Part shown: positions 47,410 through 60,091 of the stretch, piece after piece
How positions within the stretch are numbered: position 1 is the first letter of the stretch
Layout: every line of letters begins with the position of its first letter
Origin: Nemertoderma westbladi
Lineage: Eukaryota > Animalia > Xenacoelomorpha
DNA length: 64,000 nucleotides
Assembly: GCA_032718475.1 (NCBI GenBank)
Contig: JAUCBJ010009099.1
Span: 16,612 to 80,611 of the forward strand
Reading direction: 5' to 3'
Translations under genes and position numbers: made by a program
The notes under the pieces: model-generated
Told to the model about the DNA's origin: nothing
What the model saw: the letters and a program-made list of their open reading frames with translations, nothing else
The model's database searches: none

Positions 47410-49540
47410 AGTAAGTAAGATAAGATAAGTAAATCTTTAATGTCTGGGGCTTTCGCCCCCAGCCGCTATGCGACTTATCAGACAAATTGACACAAATCAC
47501 AATGGATAACTAACAGCAAAACCAACAAACCGCACCGAAACAAACAGCACCTGAATATACCGCACAAACTCTACCTAAACAAACACTAACTAAATATTAA
47601 AAAAAAAAAATGCACTGTGCCCTAAAGGCCCTACCAAAAATATATAATACAAAAATATGAGCTGGGTCCTTACCATGTTATTTGTTAATTTCTGAGAATT
47701 CTAATTTTTTATTTTATTATTATTATTATTTTTTTTTTTTATGTCTAATTTTATTGTATTTCTATTTTATTTACTTATTTAGTAAATCCTGTCTCTGTAT
47801 CCATTACTCCCTAGTTGCTTTAGCTAGTTTTAATTGATTATTTTCCATGAGCCTTACAAGACGATCACACGAGAGATCGGTTCCGTTCAACAATTCTCCT
47901 CTTTGAAGGGCTGGACACTCAAAAAGAAAGTGAACCTCGGACTCGATATTCTGAGTGTTACATTGCCGACAGACCCTGTCGTTCAATGCCTTTCCCTGGA
48001 ACCTTCCAGTCTCAATTGCTAGTGGAAGTATCCCGCAACGGAGCTGCGCCATTGTTGAACGTATCGACTTGTTCAGGCTACTTTTAACGTAGGGTTCTAC
48101 TGTAAATGATGATTTAAAGGTTCTATAGGTTCTAAGTTTTGGCTTTAAATCAATTTCTGTTAGCCACATATTCAGGTTTAGATCTATACATTTTTCCACA
48201 GCTATGTTTATGTTACAGGTTACTTTACCGTCATAAATATTTGATAGATTTAATTTATCAAAAATTGATTTAATATTGCTACACCAGCCAGCGTTTGAAC
48301 TGTATTCACTCTCAAATATTTGCTTGGGTATTCTAGAGATATCCAATTCAATTAACCTATTCCATAATCGTATACCCTCTATATACCTACGGTGTAAACT
48401 TGGTCTCCAACCCATATCCCCCTCTATTGCTGCTATTGGGGCAAATCTATGAACCCCGAGAAACCATCTAATTGCCCGACGTTGGACAATGTCAATTGGT
48501 TTTGCTTCACCTAGCCCCCACACTCCCGAGCCATAATCGAGAATCGGCGCTACCCCAGCATTAAACATCGTTGTGTATGTATTATACCGAAAACCCTTGA
48601 CTTCCCTAGACTTAGCTATAATTGATCCTAGAGCCCTCCCTGCAGACAGAGCAAATGTACTGATAGCTTTCTCGTAAGTTCCAAATTCATCTAAGAACAC
48701 TCCTAAGTACATATAGTAGGGTACAATTTCTAGGTGTTTTTCTCCGACATTAAAATCTACGCCGGATCGTTCTTCAGATGCTTTACGGAAATGAACTATT
48801 TTCGACTTTTTCGGGTTAACTGACAACTGCCACTGATAGCACCACTCATTCACTCTGTTTAGCATGGACTGAAGTTCTGATTCACTGTCTGCAATTAAAA
48901 CGACGTCATCCGCGTATACTAGTATAGACAGTCTAAGACTATCCGTTACCTGTACTCCAAGACCTAGTTCGTTAATGGAAATAATTAAACTATTAATGAA
49001 TAAACCGAAGAGAGAGGGCGAGAGACTCTCCCCTTGTCTCATACCGGAATTAGTTTGAAACCATTCGGACCTAAATTCGTTTAGTAAGATGCTTGACTGA
49101 TACATAGATTTTATACAGACATACATTTTCCCCCCAATCCCATTTAATAGTAGCGAGTAAAGCAAAAGGTCTCTCCGAACCCAATCGAAGGCCTTTTCGA
49201 AATCGATAAAGGCACAATAAGTAGAAGACCCATTTGTTCTCCTAATAGAAGTAATGGAATGTATTGTATAGATGTGTTCTAAGCAACTACGATTTTTTCT
49301 AAAACCATTCTGCTCGTTAGACAATAAATCATCAACTTCACAAAATTTGGATAAACGAACATCCAATATAGAAGTGAATAACTTACTTATGCACGGTAGA
49401 AGACTAATTCCTCTGTAATTTAATGGTACGTTAACACTTGTGCTGTTACCCTTATAAAATGGTCCAATAAGAGCCTGCTGCCAAACCGACGGAATTTTGC
49501 CAGTATCAAAAATATAATTGAAGAACTGAAGATAATAAGG
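47410..49540 (-). mobile_element. 5'-truncated non-LTR retrotransposon (RTEX-like)
   Basis: The RT frame extends upstream of the listed ORF (NYRGISLL); 3' end is ATTAAAG followed by a (CTTAT/CTTA)n tail. Confidence 0.88.
47804..49366 (-). CDS. LINE reverse transcriptase with C-terminal Cys/His motif (truncated ORF2)
   Basis: QNGFRKNRSC, FIDFEKAFD, GMRQGESLSPSLF, YADD, YLG, LAIETGRF...C..C....E...HFLFECP. Confidence 0.9.
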   Translation of the reverse strand: MDVRLSKFCEVDDLLSNEQNGFRKNRSCLEHIYTIHSITSIRRTNGSSTYCAFIDFEKAFDWVRRDLLLYSLLLNGIGGKMYVCIKSMYQSSILLNEFRSEWFQTNSGMRQGESLSPSLFGLFINSLIISINELGLGVQVTDSLRLSILVYADDVVLIADSESELQSMLNRVNEWCYQWQLSVNPKKSKIVHFRKASEERSGVDFNVGEKHLEIVPYYMYLGVFLDEFGTYEKAISTFALSAGRALGSIIAKSREVKGFRYNTYTTMFNAGVAPILDYGSGVWGLGEAKPIDIVQRRAIRWFLGVHRFAPIAAIEGDMGWRPSLHRRYIEGIRLWNRLIELDISRIPKQIFESEYSSNAGWCSNIKSIFDKLNLSNIYDGKVTCNINIAVEKCIDLNLNMWLTEIDLKPKLRTYRTFKSSFTVEPYVKSSLNKSIRSTMAQLRCGILPLAIETGRFQGKALNDRVCRQCNTQNIESEVHFLFECPALQRGELLNGTDLSCDRLVRLMENNQLKLAKATRE

Positions 49541-49603
49541 GATGCGGTGACGGCAGTATCAGAAGTCAGACTGTTTGAGAGTCAGGATGTGTGGCAGTAC
49601 CAG

Positions 49604-49655
49604 AGTTAGGAGTTAAGGTTAGGTTAGGAGTTAGGGTTAGGAGTTAGGTTAGGAG
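49604..49655 (+). repeat. Degenerate telomere-like tract (TTAGG / TTAGGG / TTAGGAG)
   Basis: GTTAGGAGTTAAGGTTAGGTTAGGAGTTAGGGTTAGGAGTTAGGTTAGG. Confidence 0.7.
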
Positions 49656-49837
49656 TGGAGAGTGAATAGATTCGCGTTCTAAGATTTATGATTCTTTCTG
49701 GCCGCTGATGTTCTGGGCAAAGTCAGAATCACAGGAAGTGAAGGATTTTGTCGCATTGCGTCATTTTCATATGTCAACAAAGGTCAACAAATGTCAACAA
49801 ATCGAAAATCGCTCTGATTGGCAGCAATGTATGTAGA

Positions 49838-50480
49838 GCCCACAATAGAGGATGCGGAGATGTAGACTGCCACAATAGAGGATGCGGAGATGTAGACTGC
49901 CACAATAGAGGATGTGGCGATTTAGACCGCCACAATAGCCGCTGCGGTGCTGTACGCTGACTGCCACAATAGAGGATGCAGCGATGTATGTAGACTGCCA
50001 CAATAGAGGATGCGGAGATGTAGACTGCCACAATAGAGGATGCGGAGATGTAGACTGCCACAATAGAGGATGCGGCGATTTAGACCGCCACAATAGCCGC
50101 TGCGGCGCTGTACGCTGACTGCCACAATAGAGGATGCAGCCATGTAGGTAGACTGCCACAATAGAGGATGCGGAGATGTAGACTGCCACAATAGAGGATG
50201 CGGAGATGTAGACTGCCACAATAGAGGATGCGGCGATTTAGACCGCCACAATAGCCGCTGCGGCGCTGTACGCTGACTGCCACAATAGAGGATGCAGCCA
50301 TGTAGGTAGACTGCCACAATAGGGGATGAGGAGATGTAGACTGCCCCACAATAGAGGATACAGCGATGTACGTAGACCGCCCCACAATAGATGATGCGAT
50401 GATGTATGTAGAGCGCCCCACAACAGATGATGTGATGATGTATGTGAGCGCCACAATAGAGGATTGGAGATGTATGTAGA
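49838..50480 (+). repeat. Minisatellite GCCACAATAGAGGATGCGGAGATGTAGACT (30 bp) in a 158-bp higher-order unit x~3
   Basis: Read directly; TTTAGACCGCCACAATAGCCGCTGCGG recurs every 158 bp. Confidence 0.93.
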
Positions 50481-51428
50481 AACTAACGAGACACCAATGA
50501 TTATTGGTACTTTGGATTCATGATTTCTGGAAAATATCGTTCTGTCCCATAGATTATAAAAAGTCGACTTGTACATGTTTGCCTTATTTTAAAACACTCA
50601 ACATTCAACATACTGTAGGTAGTAAGTAGGTACTCGTACTGTATTGATATTCAGCAAAAAATCATATATATGACAGTATACACAGTATATAGCAAAAGCG
50701 ATGAGCGTGAAGAGCGTGTCGAAATGTTTATTGAGATTAATTATGCATTTTAAACATGTAATTGTATTTATTTAATTTGAAATATAATTTAATCGTTTTA
50801 ATTTGAAAGTAAATTTAATTGCTTCAATTTTTTTAAATGGAATTAATTGTATTAATTTGAAAGTAAATTTAATTGCTTTAATTTATTTTGAAATGGAATT
50901 TAATTGAATTCATTTAATTTATAATGTAAAATGATCAATCATCTTTTAAGCTACCCCATTCTCACAATTGGTAAAATGATTGTATATTGTTTTGGTTAGA
51001 AAAGCCTACCTATGTAACGATACTTTCCTTCAATAATACTGTAATAATAATACAGCATGTATAATACCGACCCAAATAATATCCCTACAATATATAGACG
51101 ATGCAGGTCGTTAATGAGTCTGCATATTACATTGAATAGAAGAATAACTCGTGCCCTGATGATACCAACAAAAACATTGAGCCTATTTGAATTGAACTCT
51201 CTATAACTCTTATAATGTTATGCGAAACTGCATCCCGATCCCATCTCCTGCTAGCCTGCCTATGCGTAGGCTAGATCTACGCGGTAAAGTCAAACACCCT
51301 TTATGCTTTAAAGTAAATGCCAGCGCCAGGGCCAGAAAAGCTGAAATACGGTTTAGCAGTAGCATTTCTGAATTTATGTACCGTACTCATACCGGACCGG
51401 ACCGGACTAGTCAGTCAGCCAGTGGTGA

Positions 51429-51848
51429 ATGGAATCTTTGCTCGAAGAAGTGCAATCTATAGCCGTCAGCTCTGTGTTGAATCGCGATGTGAGACAATTC
51501 GGTAAACGCCATTTAACCGACGGAAGTTTAGAAAGCTGCTGGAATTCGGACAAAGGCGCGGGACAGTGGATCTATGTTGTGTTCAAACAACCGGTGTCGG
51601 TGAAACTCATACACATTCAGTTCCAAGGAGGTTTCGCCGGGGTTGACTGTTACTGCGATATCAACCCGAACGCGGGCGCATCGAACCGAGTTGAGTTTTA
51701 TCCCGAGGATACCAGCTCCATACAGAGCTTCCCAATAGACACCGCACGCGCACAGGTAGCGGAGTTACGGATAGTCTTCGCTAAGACTTCTGATTTCTTC
51801 GGACGTGTTATTGTTTATCAATTAGATATAGTTGGAACGTCGTCTTAA
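51429..51848 (+). CDS. NR2C2AP: Nuclear receptor 2C2-associated protein (TRA16), 139 aa, intronless
   Basis: VSSVLNRDVRQFGKRHL...CWNSD.G..QW...IQFQGGF...FYPED...DFFGRVIVYQL. Confidence 0.93.
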   Translation: MESLLEEVQSIAVSSVLNRDVRQFGKRHLTDGSLESCWNSDKGAGQWIYVVFKQPVSVKLIHIQFQGGFAGVDCYCDINPNAGASNRVEFYPEDTSSIQSFPIDTARAQVAELRIVFAKTSDFFGRVIVYQLDIVGTSS

Positions 51849-51974
51849 ATTATTTATAAGAATTTATTAAACTTTTAATTGATAGATAATCGCCTTGTTT
51901 CACCTTCATTTAGGGCCTAAGCGGTTAGCCTTAAGGTAATTTATTAGCGTTTAAAAATCTCTCAGCAACCTATT

Positions 51975-52538
51975 ATGAATCTCCCTGTGGTTTCGGGACA
52001 ACCTCAGATGAACCTCCCTCCGGGCTCCCAGATCGTTCAGGGAGGTGCCGGACAGCTCCTCCTGGCCTCCTCCACAGGGAGTGCTCCCGTTTTGGTGCCT
52101 CCCGCCCCTCCTCCCATGTTCAACCAATCTCCGGTGGTGCGCCCCGTCGCCCCGTCCACCCCATCTCAACCCTCCACCCGGGTGGTCCAACCCCCTGCCG
52201 ATCCCGCCAGTTCTCTACTGCAATCCCAGAAACTCCAGGAATTAGTGCGGCAAGTCGACCCTAGTGTCCAACTCGACGAAGACGTAGAAGATATATTAAT
52301 GCAGATTGCAGACGACTTTGTTGAGAACGTTGTTAACTCTGCCTGCGCTCTCGCCAAGCACCGTAAATCCTCGCAACTCGAGGTCAAAGACGTACAGTTG
52401 CATCTACAGCGGGGATGGGACCTCTATATACCGGGGTTTGGGGTGGAAGACCCCCACACACAGCCCAAGAAGGCTCTGCTATCAGAGGCCCATAAACAAC
52501 GGGTGGCCTTGATCAAAAAGGCGCAAAAGAAATCCTAA
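51975..52538 (+). CDS. TAF12: TFIID subunit 12, 187 aa, intronless
   Basis: KLQELVRQVDP..QLDEDVEDILMQIADDFVENVV..AC.LAKHRKS..LEVKDVQLHL.R.W...IPGFG...EAHKQR.ALIKK histone fold. Confidence 0.96.
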   Translation: MNLPVVSGQPQMNLPPGSQIVQGGAGQLLLASSTGSAPVLVPPAPPPMFNQSPVVRPVAPSTPSQPSTRVVQPPADPASSLLQSQKLQELVRQVDPSVQLDEDVEDILMQIADDFVENVVNSACALAKHRKSSQLEVKDVQLHLQRGWDLYIPGFGVEDPHTQPKKALLSEAHKQRVALIKKAQKKS

Positions 52539-54125
52539 CTCCATAGTATTAGGCCTATTGAATGTTAAAAAAAGCAAAATTATAACTTCAATTAAAAAAG
52601 GGCAATTGATTCCGAAATATTCCCTTTATTTACTTTTAGTTGACTTTAATAAAGTGACCATGAAAGCATCTACATTATATTTACAATGTAATGCTTTTAA
52701 ACAGAATAGTAATCACACCACGATTATTATTTATTAGCAATCCCCCACGGTTTGCTCGCATTGGTTTTCAATGTACAGCACAATAAGTTAATAAAATATC
52801 TTTTATTTGTAAAAATAATTGCATTATCATCTTCCAACATGTTTCTTGTTGTATTTTTCTGTATCAGAATAGTGATTCTCGTATAAGTAATGAAAGTTAT
52901 GAGAGTATTAATATAAAGCGTGGAGATGAAGATACAATAGGCGCGAAAATAATGTGGTTTATTACTTTTACTTGGGTTTTAAATATAATAAGGGAAAATA
53001 AACTTTTTTGTTAAGCAGGAAGTCAATTAGCCCATTTTAAGGTTCTATTTTTATTTATTGGCCCATGGTGTAGTAATATATATAACAATATATATTTAAC
53101 TGGTTAATTATTTAGTTTTAACTACAGTACTACTTTGGCGATGGGTAAACTTTTGGTCGTGTGTAGCATGTGTGATTATTGCCCAATTATTATAAATTCG
53201 TTTATAATCTAAACCTTATTAATCGCATATTTATATTTCACGACCCATAAATTCCAAAGAATAGCCATCATCGCTCAAAGGCAAGGGCTATATATAGACT
53301 CAGGCCTATGATATCGATATTTGGTGACCAAACGGCAAAACCAATTACTTCCAACCTGAGGGCAAGTTCGATCCCACCTCGTTGCTAATACCGCTTTTGT
53401 TAAGCCATTCCAACGAAAAGTATACCTATTTCGATAACTCAGTTAAACTGTACTTTTGATATTCGTAATAATATGTCCGCTTACATACAATGTGTTAGCG
53501 GTGTTACACCTTTATGGTGGAAGCCCCCTACAGAGACTCCGCCTGAAGCTTGCTGGACTCAACCCTGTGATTGGCAGCATGTCCCGCCCTACGTGTTAAT
53601 CCGATATACTGAGTATAACGATAGAAATACCGAGAGTTTGGTCCGAATTCCGAGAATGTATTAATAGTGATATATTTATTAATCATTTAATCATAACCAT
53701 AAATCTAAAGATATCTTTAGCACCGGTAATTCATGTAGATAATCAACAACTGGTCTGAATTCCAGATCCAGCACTGGAAGCTACTGATGGTGCATTCCCT
53801 TAGCGGATGAGGTCTTTTGCCCCTTTAACTGTGCCTCATGTTTATAGATAACAAACTACATAATGGCATAAACATATCGATACTACAGTATATCAAGCAA
53901 ATTAACTCATACAATTTCCGTACGACATGACAAGTAAAGGGTCAGTTGTCAGTTAAGACAAAATTACTTATCTACAAGACTACCACATCATACATATTGC
54001 TGTGAAATACTGGTAGCATTACATAATATACATGGTTTTAAAACACGATTATATACGATTTAGAAAAAATTCAGAACTACCGCCGCCTACGACCTACGTA
54101 TTGTCCATGTAAAATATGCGATTTA

Positions 54126-54565
54126 ACCGGTGTAGCAGAAAATTTCCACCCCCCTAAAAATTCACCCCCCGGTTAAGATTCACTAGTGTATTTTCACCCC
54201 CCGGTTAGAATTCACTAGAGTATTTTAACCGGGGATGAAACTACTCGGGTGGTTTTTTAGTAAAATTTAACCCCCCTCAGTGTATTCTTACCCCCATGAT
54301 ATTTTAAAGTTCAATATTAATTAAATTCGTTATAAGCCTACAGTTAAAAGCGTACAGACGACCACAGATCTATACTACACAGACAAACACACGCTGGAGG
54401 TATGTATAACACACGCTGGAGGTATGTATAATAGTAAAGTACTGTAGAAGATACAAAAAAAATACTTGCACAGATTGAAAATTGATAAATGCAGGGGTGA
54501 GTTTTCACTGGAGGGGGTTAAAATACACTAGGGAAAATACACCCCAGGAGTGAGAATACACTGCT
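54126..54565. mobile_element. Partial copy of the ACCGGTGTAGCAGA MITE
   Basis: Aligns in reverse to 25895-26300, 26600-26700 and 27230-27327. Confidence 0.75.
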
Positions 54566-54572
54566 TCGATAT

Positions 54573-55466
54573 ATTTTATAACGAACCTGCCTATTAATAG
54601 GCCAGGGTAGTTTTTGTCAAGAGTTGAGCCGTTCAAAAACACGATGTGGTTATCGTGTGTATGTGTGTATAACCATCCAATATCTCAAAAACTCAAGTAG
54701 GTACGCAAAAATTTTAATAACAAACTCTACATAGATTTTTGTTGCGCACAAGACTGTATATTTTTTGTGGCGTTTCGATCACGGGATCACTGAAAAATAG
54801 CGGTTTTGAAAATTTAATGTCGAATTTCACCGATTTCAACTCGTCGAGTATGCACCAACTTTTTTATTTGGGCTATTCAGTCATTTGAGCAACATATTTG
54901 AGCCTCAGAATCTTTTCAAATATCGCCAATCTCGCACAGAACGTCGCCAAAATTTGTTAGTCCGGCAAAAAAACGCACTAATTCGTCTAAAAGAGTAAAT
55001 TATTGGTTGCAGAATAATGATTCAACTAGAAAAGCCAGCAAGCTGGCTATAAGGAGAGCGTCCATAGACAAACGTAGTGTTAGTTGGGTCCCTCCTCATT
55101 CATTATCATCAACCTATAAAACATTTGAACGGCCCAGTGCTTACAATGATATTCCCATAGGATTCACTGGGAAGAGCTATTCAGCTTACAGGGTAATACA
55201 TTATACAAAATAACAGTTGATATTTGATTACTGTCTGGGTTAGAGTGAGATAGTAATAAATTTGGCAAGTAATATACTTTTCTGCAGTTTGGGCTATCCA
55301 TTCAATAAATAGTAGTAGCTTACTAGGCCCTCATGAGTACCAGCAGCTGGTGTTTCTACCGTTGAATTGATGGCAATTTTCGTGTTTTCATTTTCACTCA
55401 CTCATGGTACTGCGGTACTGGTTTGAGGGGCAGGTTCGTTTAAAGCCAGCTTGCTGGCTTTCTAGT
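54573..55466 (+). mobile_element. Helentron/HINE-like non-autonomous element
   Basis: Subterminal inverted repeat AACGAACCTGCC ... GGCAGGTTCGTT followed by hairpin AAAGCCAGCTTGCTGGCTTT and CTAGT. Confidence 0.6.
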
Positions 55467-55737
55467 ATATTATATACTTTATTATTTCACTATATTTTTG
55501 TATAGGCCAACACCAACAGTATGTAGGATTATGCAGTAAAACTGGCATGAAGTCGTTCACGCTTATTCTCTACCAATTAACTGCTGTGTCTGGACTCTCC
55601 CGACTGAGCTGCCTACATTTTTATTATTTTATAAAAGAAAGTTTAAGTAAGAGAATAAAAGAGATATAATAATCATCACCATATGAGTTGTGAATATGCC
55701 CCACAGATCCATCCAAGTTGTTATTTCTGTCGATTAA

Positions 55738-56873
55738 CCCGATTAGCACGGGCGGGGAGGGGGGGGGGGGGGGGGGGTTAGAATGGCGCACCCCCCCCCC
55801 CCCCCCCCCCCCTCTGTTGTTTAAAATTGCTGTAAAACTGTACAACAAACAACATTATGTATCTGCCTAATTTTTTTTGAGAATTAGCCAAATTTAATGG
55901 CGCATCTTTTGCAAAAAACTACTGCTGTCTCAGTTACTCTACTTTTCGATGCTCAACATTTTTGGCGTTTCATGGATACACCATTAGATAGACAATTAAA
56001 AACTGCACCTACTGTTTTATTTAGTCCAACTCTAGCCTACATGCTGACTTTTCTATGGAGGAAATTATGCTTTTCCCACTTGTTTTCTAGAACTGATACC
56101 GCTGTTTTGGATCACTCCCATTTAATTGATTTGACAATTCACCAATATTATGTGATACTTTTCTGGTGGAGAAATTATTCTGCTTCAAAATTAGGTATGG
56201 ATGATTACGTCACTGGTCTGCACTTTTCGTACACAATGCATTTTTCAAAAAATGGAGTAGTGTGGGAGGTTTGAATCCATGGAGGGGTAGGAGGGTTAAC
56301 CCACGTCGGATATACGGGTAGGAGGGTTAAACCACTTTCCTATTGGTTGTTCTGGATGGTATTTAATAGGACTAATTGACTACGCTTGTTTCAGTCCAGA
56401 AAACATATAAAAATGCGCTGAAATCAAAACATGGTGGTATTTTCCGGATCTCATATTTTTCAAAATTTGAAGTGCCACACCCACTTCTTACATGTATGAA
56501 AAGTAGCATAAAGCTTAATTTTTGGGAATGGAATATAATCGCATTCGATTCAGCGTCTTTAAAAACCTACTAGAGGAAGACAACAAAGCCACACTATTAG
56601 TTTATAAAATAACAAAACATTTGAACTTTGGTCCCTTTGGAACTTTGGTCCTGGGACTACTTTTATTTTTCATGAAAATTATGAAATATGATACCCGGCT
56701 TATGAAATTTTAATTTTTTAGGGTTAGGAAGGGAGGGAGGGTTTTTTTACGTACAGTCAAATTTCCTAATTACTAAAATTACTAAAATACGATTACTAAA
56801 ATAGAGAGGGTTGTGGGCGAATCGGCCCCACGCCAGTGCTGCTAATGGTCTAAACACCCCAGTGCTAATAGGG
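55738..56873. mobile_element. piggyBac-like MITE
   Basis: TTAA|CCCGATTAGCACGGG ... CCCAGTGCTAATAGGG|TTAA. Confidence 0.85.
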
Positions 56874-58312
56874 TTAACTGCGCTGGTCATCTTTGGTCTT
56901 CTTGCTTTTAACAAAAATAATAAAGTTAGAGGCACCTTCAAAGCTCTGTAACAAATTCCAAGCTACAACCTCCAATATCACCTATCGTCGGTGATCCATG
57001 GCTTCTGCTAACATGTTTCTGAATTATGGACATCTAAGGAAGTCCGAGAAACATCGTACAACACTATAATAAAGATAAATTAAGCAAAAGTGTCTCCCTG
57101 TTGTAGGAAACCACACCGAACTTCATATGGGTATGTCAGTCTGTGTCTCGCTCTTAAACGAATCGATCTTTCTAAAAGGAGATTCCTCCCCCTATATCTC
57201 GGACCTCCTTGAGTATGGAGGGTATCGCCACGGTGTTGTGTTATCATTCATCTTGAAGACCTCAGGGGAAACTCCAATAAATTGTACAACATAAATATTC
57301 ATTCAAGACCACAGATTGAACAACATGAACTTCATATAAAATTATCTTAAGCTCTCTAAAAGCTCTTGTGCTATTAATCTAAACTTATGCATATAAATAA
57401 CATGTGAACGGACTGAACGTCAGGCCTCAATTTATATTTGTAAGTTGTAACTAAAACAAACATAAATATAATAAGTAATATTTATATGTAAAACAACAAG
57501 AATACATTTGTTAAGAGATCTATGTAAGGGTTACCCTCTATAAAGTTTGTGTACTAATAAATTCCGCTAATAATGTATTACATTATGACTTGTGATTACT
57601 GTACACCTTTTATTTTAGGTTGGGCCGTCACACGAGAAACGATTATTACCTTAAGTAACGGATTATATAATATAGTCCGTCGTGTTATAATTCAATCTAA
57701 TTTCAGGTATATTTTTCTTGACAGATATTTATTGCATGTGTTCATAAAACGTATGTGCACATACGTACATCTAGGCGTATGTGTATGCGGACTAGTATAT
57801 TAGAATATTAAGCAAATGACAATTAGTCACTAGAAACATATATCTAGGCATACTGACATTCACAAAAACATCCACGTACGTAAACCGACACAGGTAATGT
57901 AAACATAGGCTACCTTTCGTTCAACATTACTATAAAATATCTCTCCGAAAGTGAGAGGACTGGGGGCTGGAGGTGGGGGGGGGGGGGGGGGGGGGACTGG
58001 ACGCAAATCCCATATTAATCGCAAATTCCACCTCAATGTTAAATTCATTCTCAATTTAGGGAAATTTTAACCAATGTTATTAAAACGATATTTTAACCAA
58101 AACAATAAACTAAACACAACAGAACAGGTTACAGTTTTATTTTTGAGAGTAATCATCTGTTATTTGCGTCCAATTTCCCCTGGAGAGGGATGCATTTTTA
58201 TTGTGTCCAGTCCTCCATTTAGTATATCCATTACCGGGGTATCACACTAGATGCGCCACTTTTTAAAGCTCTTTGTGGGCCTCCCAGATTACGAGAGTGG
58301 CGGCCCTAGCCT

Positions 58313-58430
58313 TAATTAAAGCAGTAATTTAACCCTAACCCTAAATCATCATGAGGCTCTAATCTGAGAAATTTTGTCTCATTACTGCATTAGAGCCTCA
58401 TGACTTAGGGTTAAATTACTGCTTTAATTA
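58313..58430. repeat. Short foldback element containing CCCTAA/TTAGGG units
   Basis: TAATTAAAGCAGTAATTTAACCCTAA...TCATGAGGCTCTAAT / ATTAGAGCCTCATGA...TTAGGGTTAAATTACTGCTTTAATTA. Confidence 0.85.
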
Positions 58431-58818
58431 TGGTTTGTGTCTGACCAACAAACCCTAACATTAAAACAAACCAATATCCCAGTCAGTACCTACAAAACAC
58501 CCAACAACCAAGTCACAACAGCCAAGTAAAATAAAACTGTATGTTTTCCATATAAAAAAGTGACGTCTGTAGTTCTGATATAAAGTCCCATTACCTGATT
58601 ACGCCCAATAAAACTCCATAAACGTTATGCCATTGATTAGAGAGAACAATATGTGTACTGTGTTTGTACTATGTTTGTAGAATATATGTACAGCTAATAA
58701 TAACATATAATTAGACCTATGCTATTCAATAATAATCAATAATTTTACTACCGGTACAAAAATATTACGTGGTTTAGATAGTTGTTATCTAAGCATGTTG
58801 CTAATATTAAAATATTAT

Positions 58819-59289
58819 CTAATGGTGATCTTCAATTGTGGGATCGGGGAGTATCCCGGCCTCTACATCACGAGCGCGCCAGTAGAACCGAGCGTAGCGA
58901 GTCTCCCACACAGTAATCAGTAAAAATACGAGCAGAACGAGACCTGGAAGGATCAGGGTGATGTCTTTATGGGGCTCGAAGCGGTATTCCATAGATTCCT
59001 TAAAGCGATGTAGCGGCATGGGGTTGGCCTGGGACCGTTGCCAGTTGAACTGCATGCTGGGCGGGAGTCCGTCGTCCACCCAGTGTCCGAACCTCCAGTT
59101 ACCAGACGGGGCCTCCAAACCCGCCCATTCTGAGTCCGGGGGTCTCGGCCCCGTAAACTTCTCCTTGTTCCACATTTCGACCTCATTGATTATCTTTTTT
59201 CGTTCAAATGTTCGATGATATCTTGTCGGTAGCAGAGAAACTTTGCATGTTGCTGTTAGAAGCGGTTGTTTTAGTCTCAGTGAATTCAT
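58819..59289 (-). CDS. Uncharacterised 156-aa protein with a predicted mitochondrial transit peptide and one TM helix (possibly a divergent respiratory-complex accessory subunit)
   Basis: Basic/hydroxylated N-terminus without acidic residues, hydrophobic ITLILPGLVLLVFLLITVW, and a GC/CpG-rich island like the other real genes. Confidence 0.7.
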   Translation of the reverse strand: MNSLRLKQPLLTATCKVSLLPTRYHRTFERKKIINEVEMWNKEKFTGPRPPDSEWAGLEAPSGNWRFGHWVDDGLPPSMQFNWQRSQANPMPLHRFKESMEYRFEPHKDITLILPGLVLLVFLLITVWETRYARFYWRARDVEAGILPDPTIEDHH

Positions 59290-60091
59290 ATCGCAGTTGC
59301 CGGTACTTCTGCAGCTCTCTATTCAGCTATTGCTGTATTGATCTACGTAACCTATCAGCCTACTGCAGTACCGGTACTGGCCTATGACCTACAGCCAAGG
59401 CAATTCCAATTGCACCCGGTAGCAGGCTGTTTCACAACTGCATTTGACTGTTTCAGTGTTTGGAGCCTTTCATGGTGACCAAAATGATACAATTTCGTAA
59501 ATAATAATGCTGTAATAATAATAATGGCGGTATATGGCCTGGCCCGGCAGATGGTGATCTACCAATGGCTGGTCAGGAGTCAGGGAGTAGAATGTTCTCA
59601 TGTCCACTCTGACTGAGTACACTTCACTGCGACCTGCACCTGGCAGCAGGGGTACAGGGCATGACCCAGCAGATGAGCTGCACAGCCAATGCAGCAATGG
59701 TGGGTCATGTGCGCCAGAGTAGATATTGGTGATGGCGCCTCATATCTGACTCCACTGCGACGCCCACCCTGTGGAATGGCAAACCAGGGTGTGGTATTTG
59801 CCCCGAGAGCTGACTCGGCAAAAAAGCACCCCCCAACCCCCACTGGATTACATTACAGCATTAGTAATGCGGAGGTCCGGCCACTAGAGGCCAGTGGAAT
59901 TACCGGACACAATCGGCCTCACAGGCGTCAGTTATCTCCTGACCGGCTGCCTGTCTCACCCCCTATTGGAGAGAGAGCAGCCAACAATTCTTTGAGTCCC
60001 TTTCCTGATGACCTTTCTGGCCCCAAACCCTGGGTCACCAGGGAGGCCATATTGTGAGGGGGAGAGGGATTCTGGAGTTGGAGGCTACTCT

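Noticed and set aside
49748-50576. ORFs with repeated AVYISASSIV / QSTSPHPLLW
   Set aside because: Minisatellite translation.
53355-53385. tRNA gene (GTTCGATCCC B-box-like)
   Set aside because: No cloverleaf or A-box visible; at most a SINE relic.
55752-55813. Functional G-quadruplex from poly-G/poly-C runs
   Set aside because: The runs are MITE subterminal homopolymers that recur elsewhere in the window.
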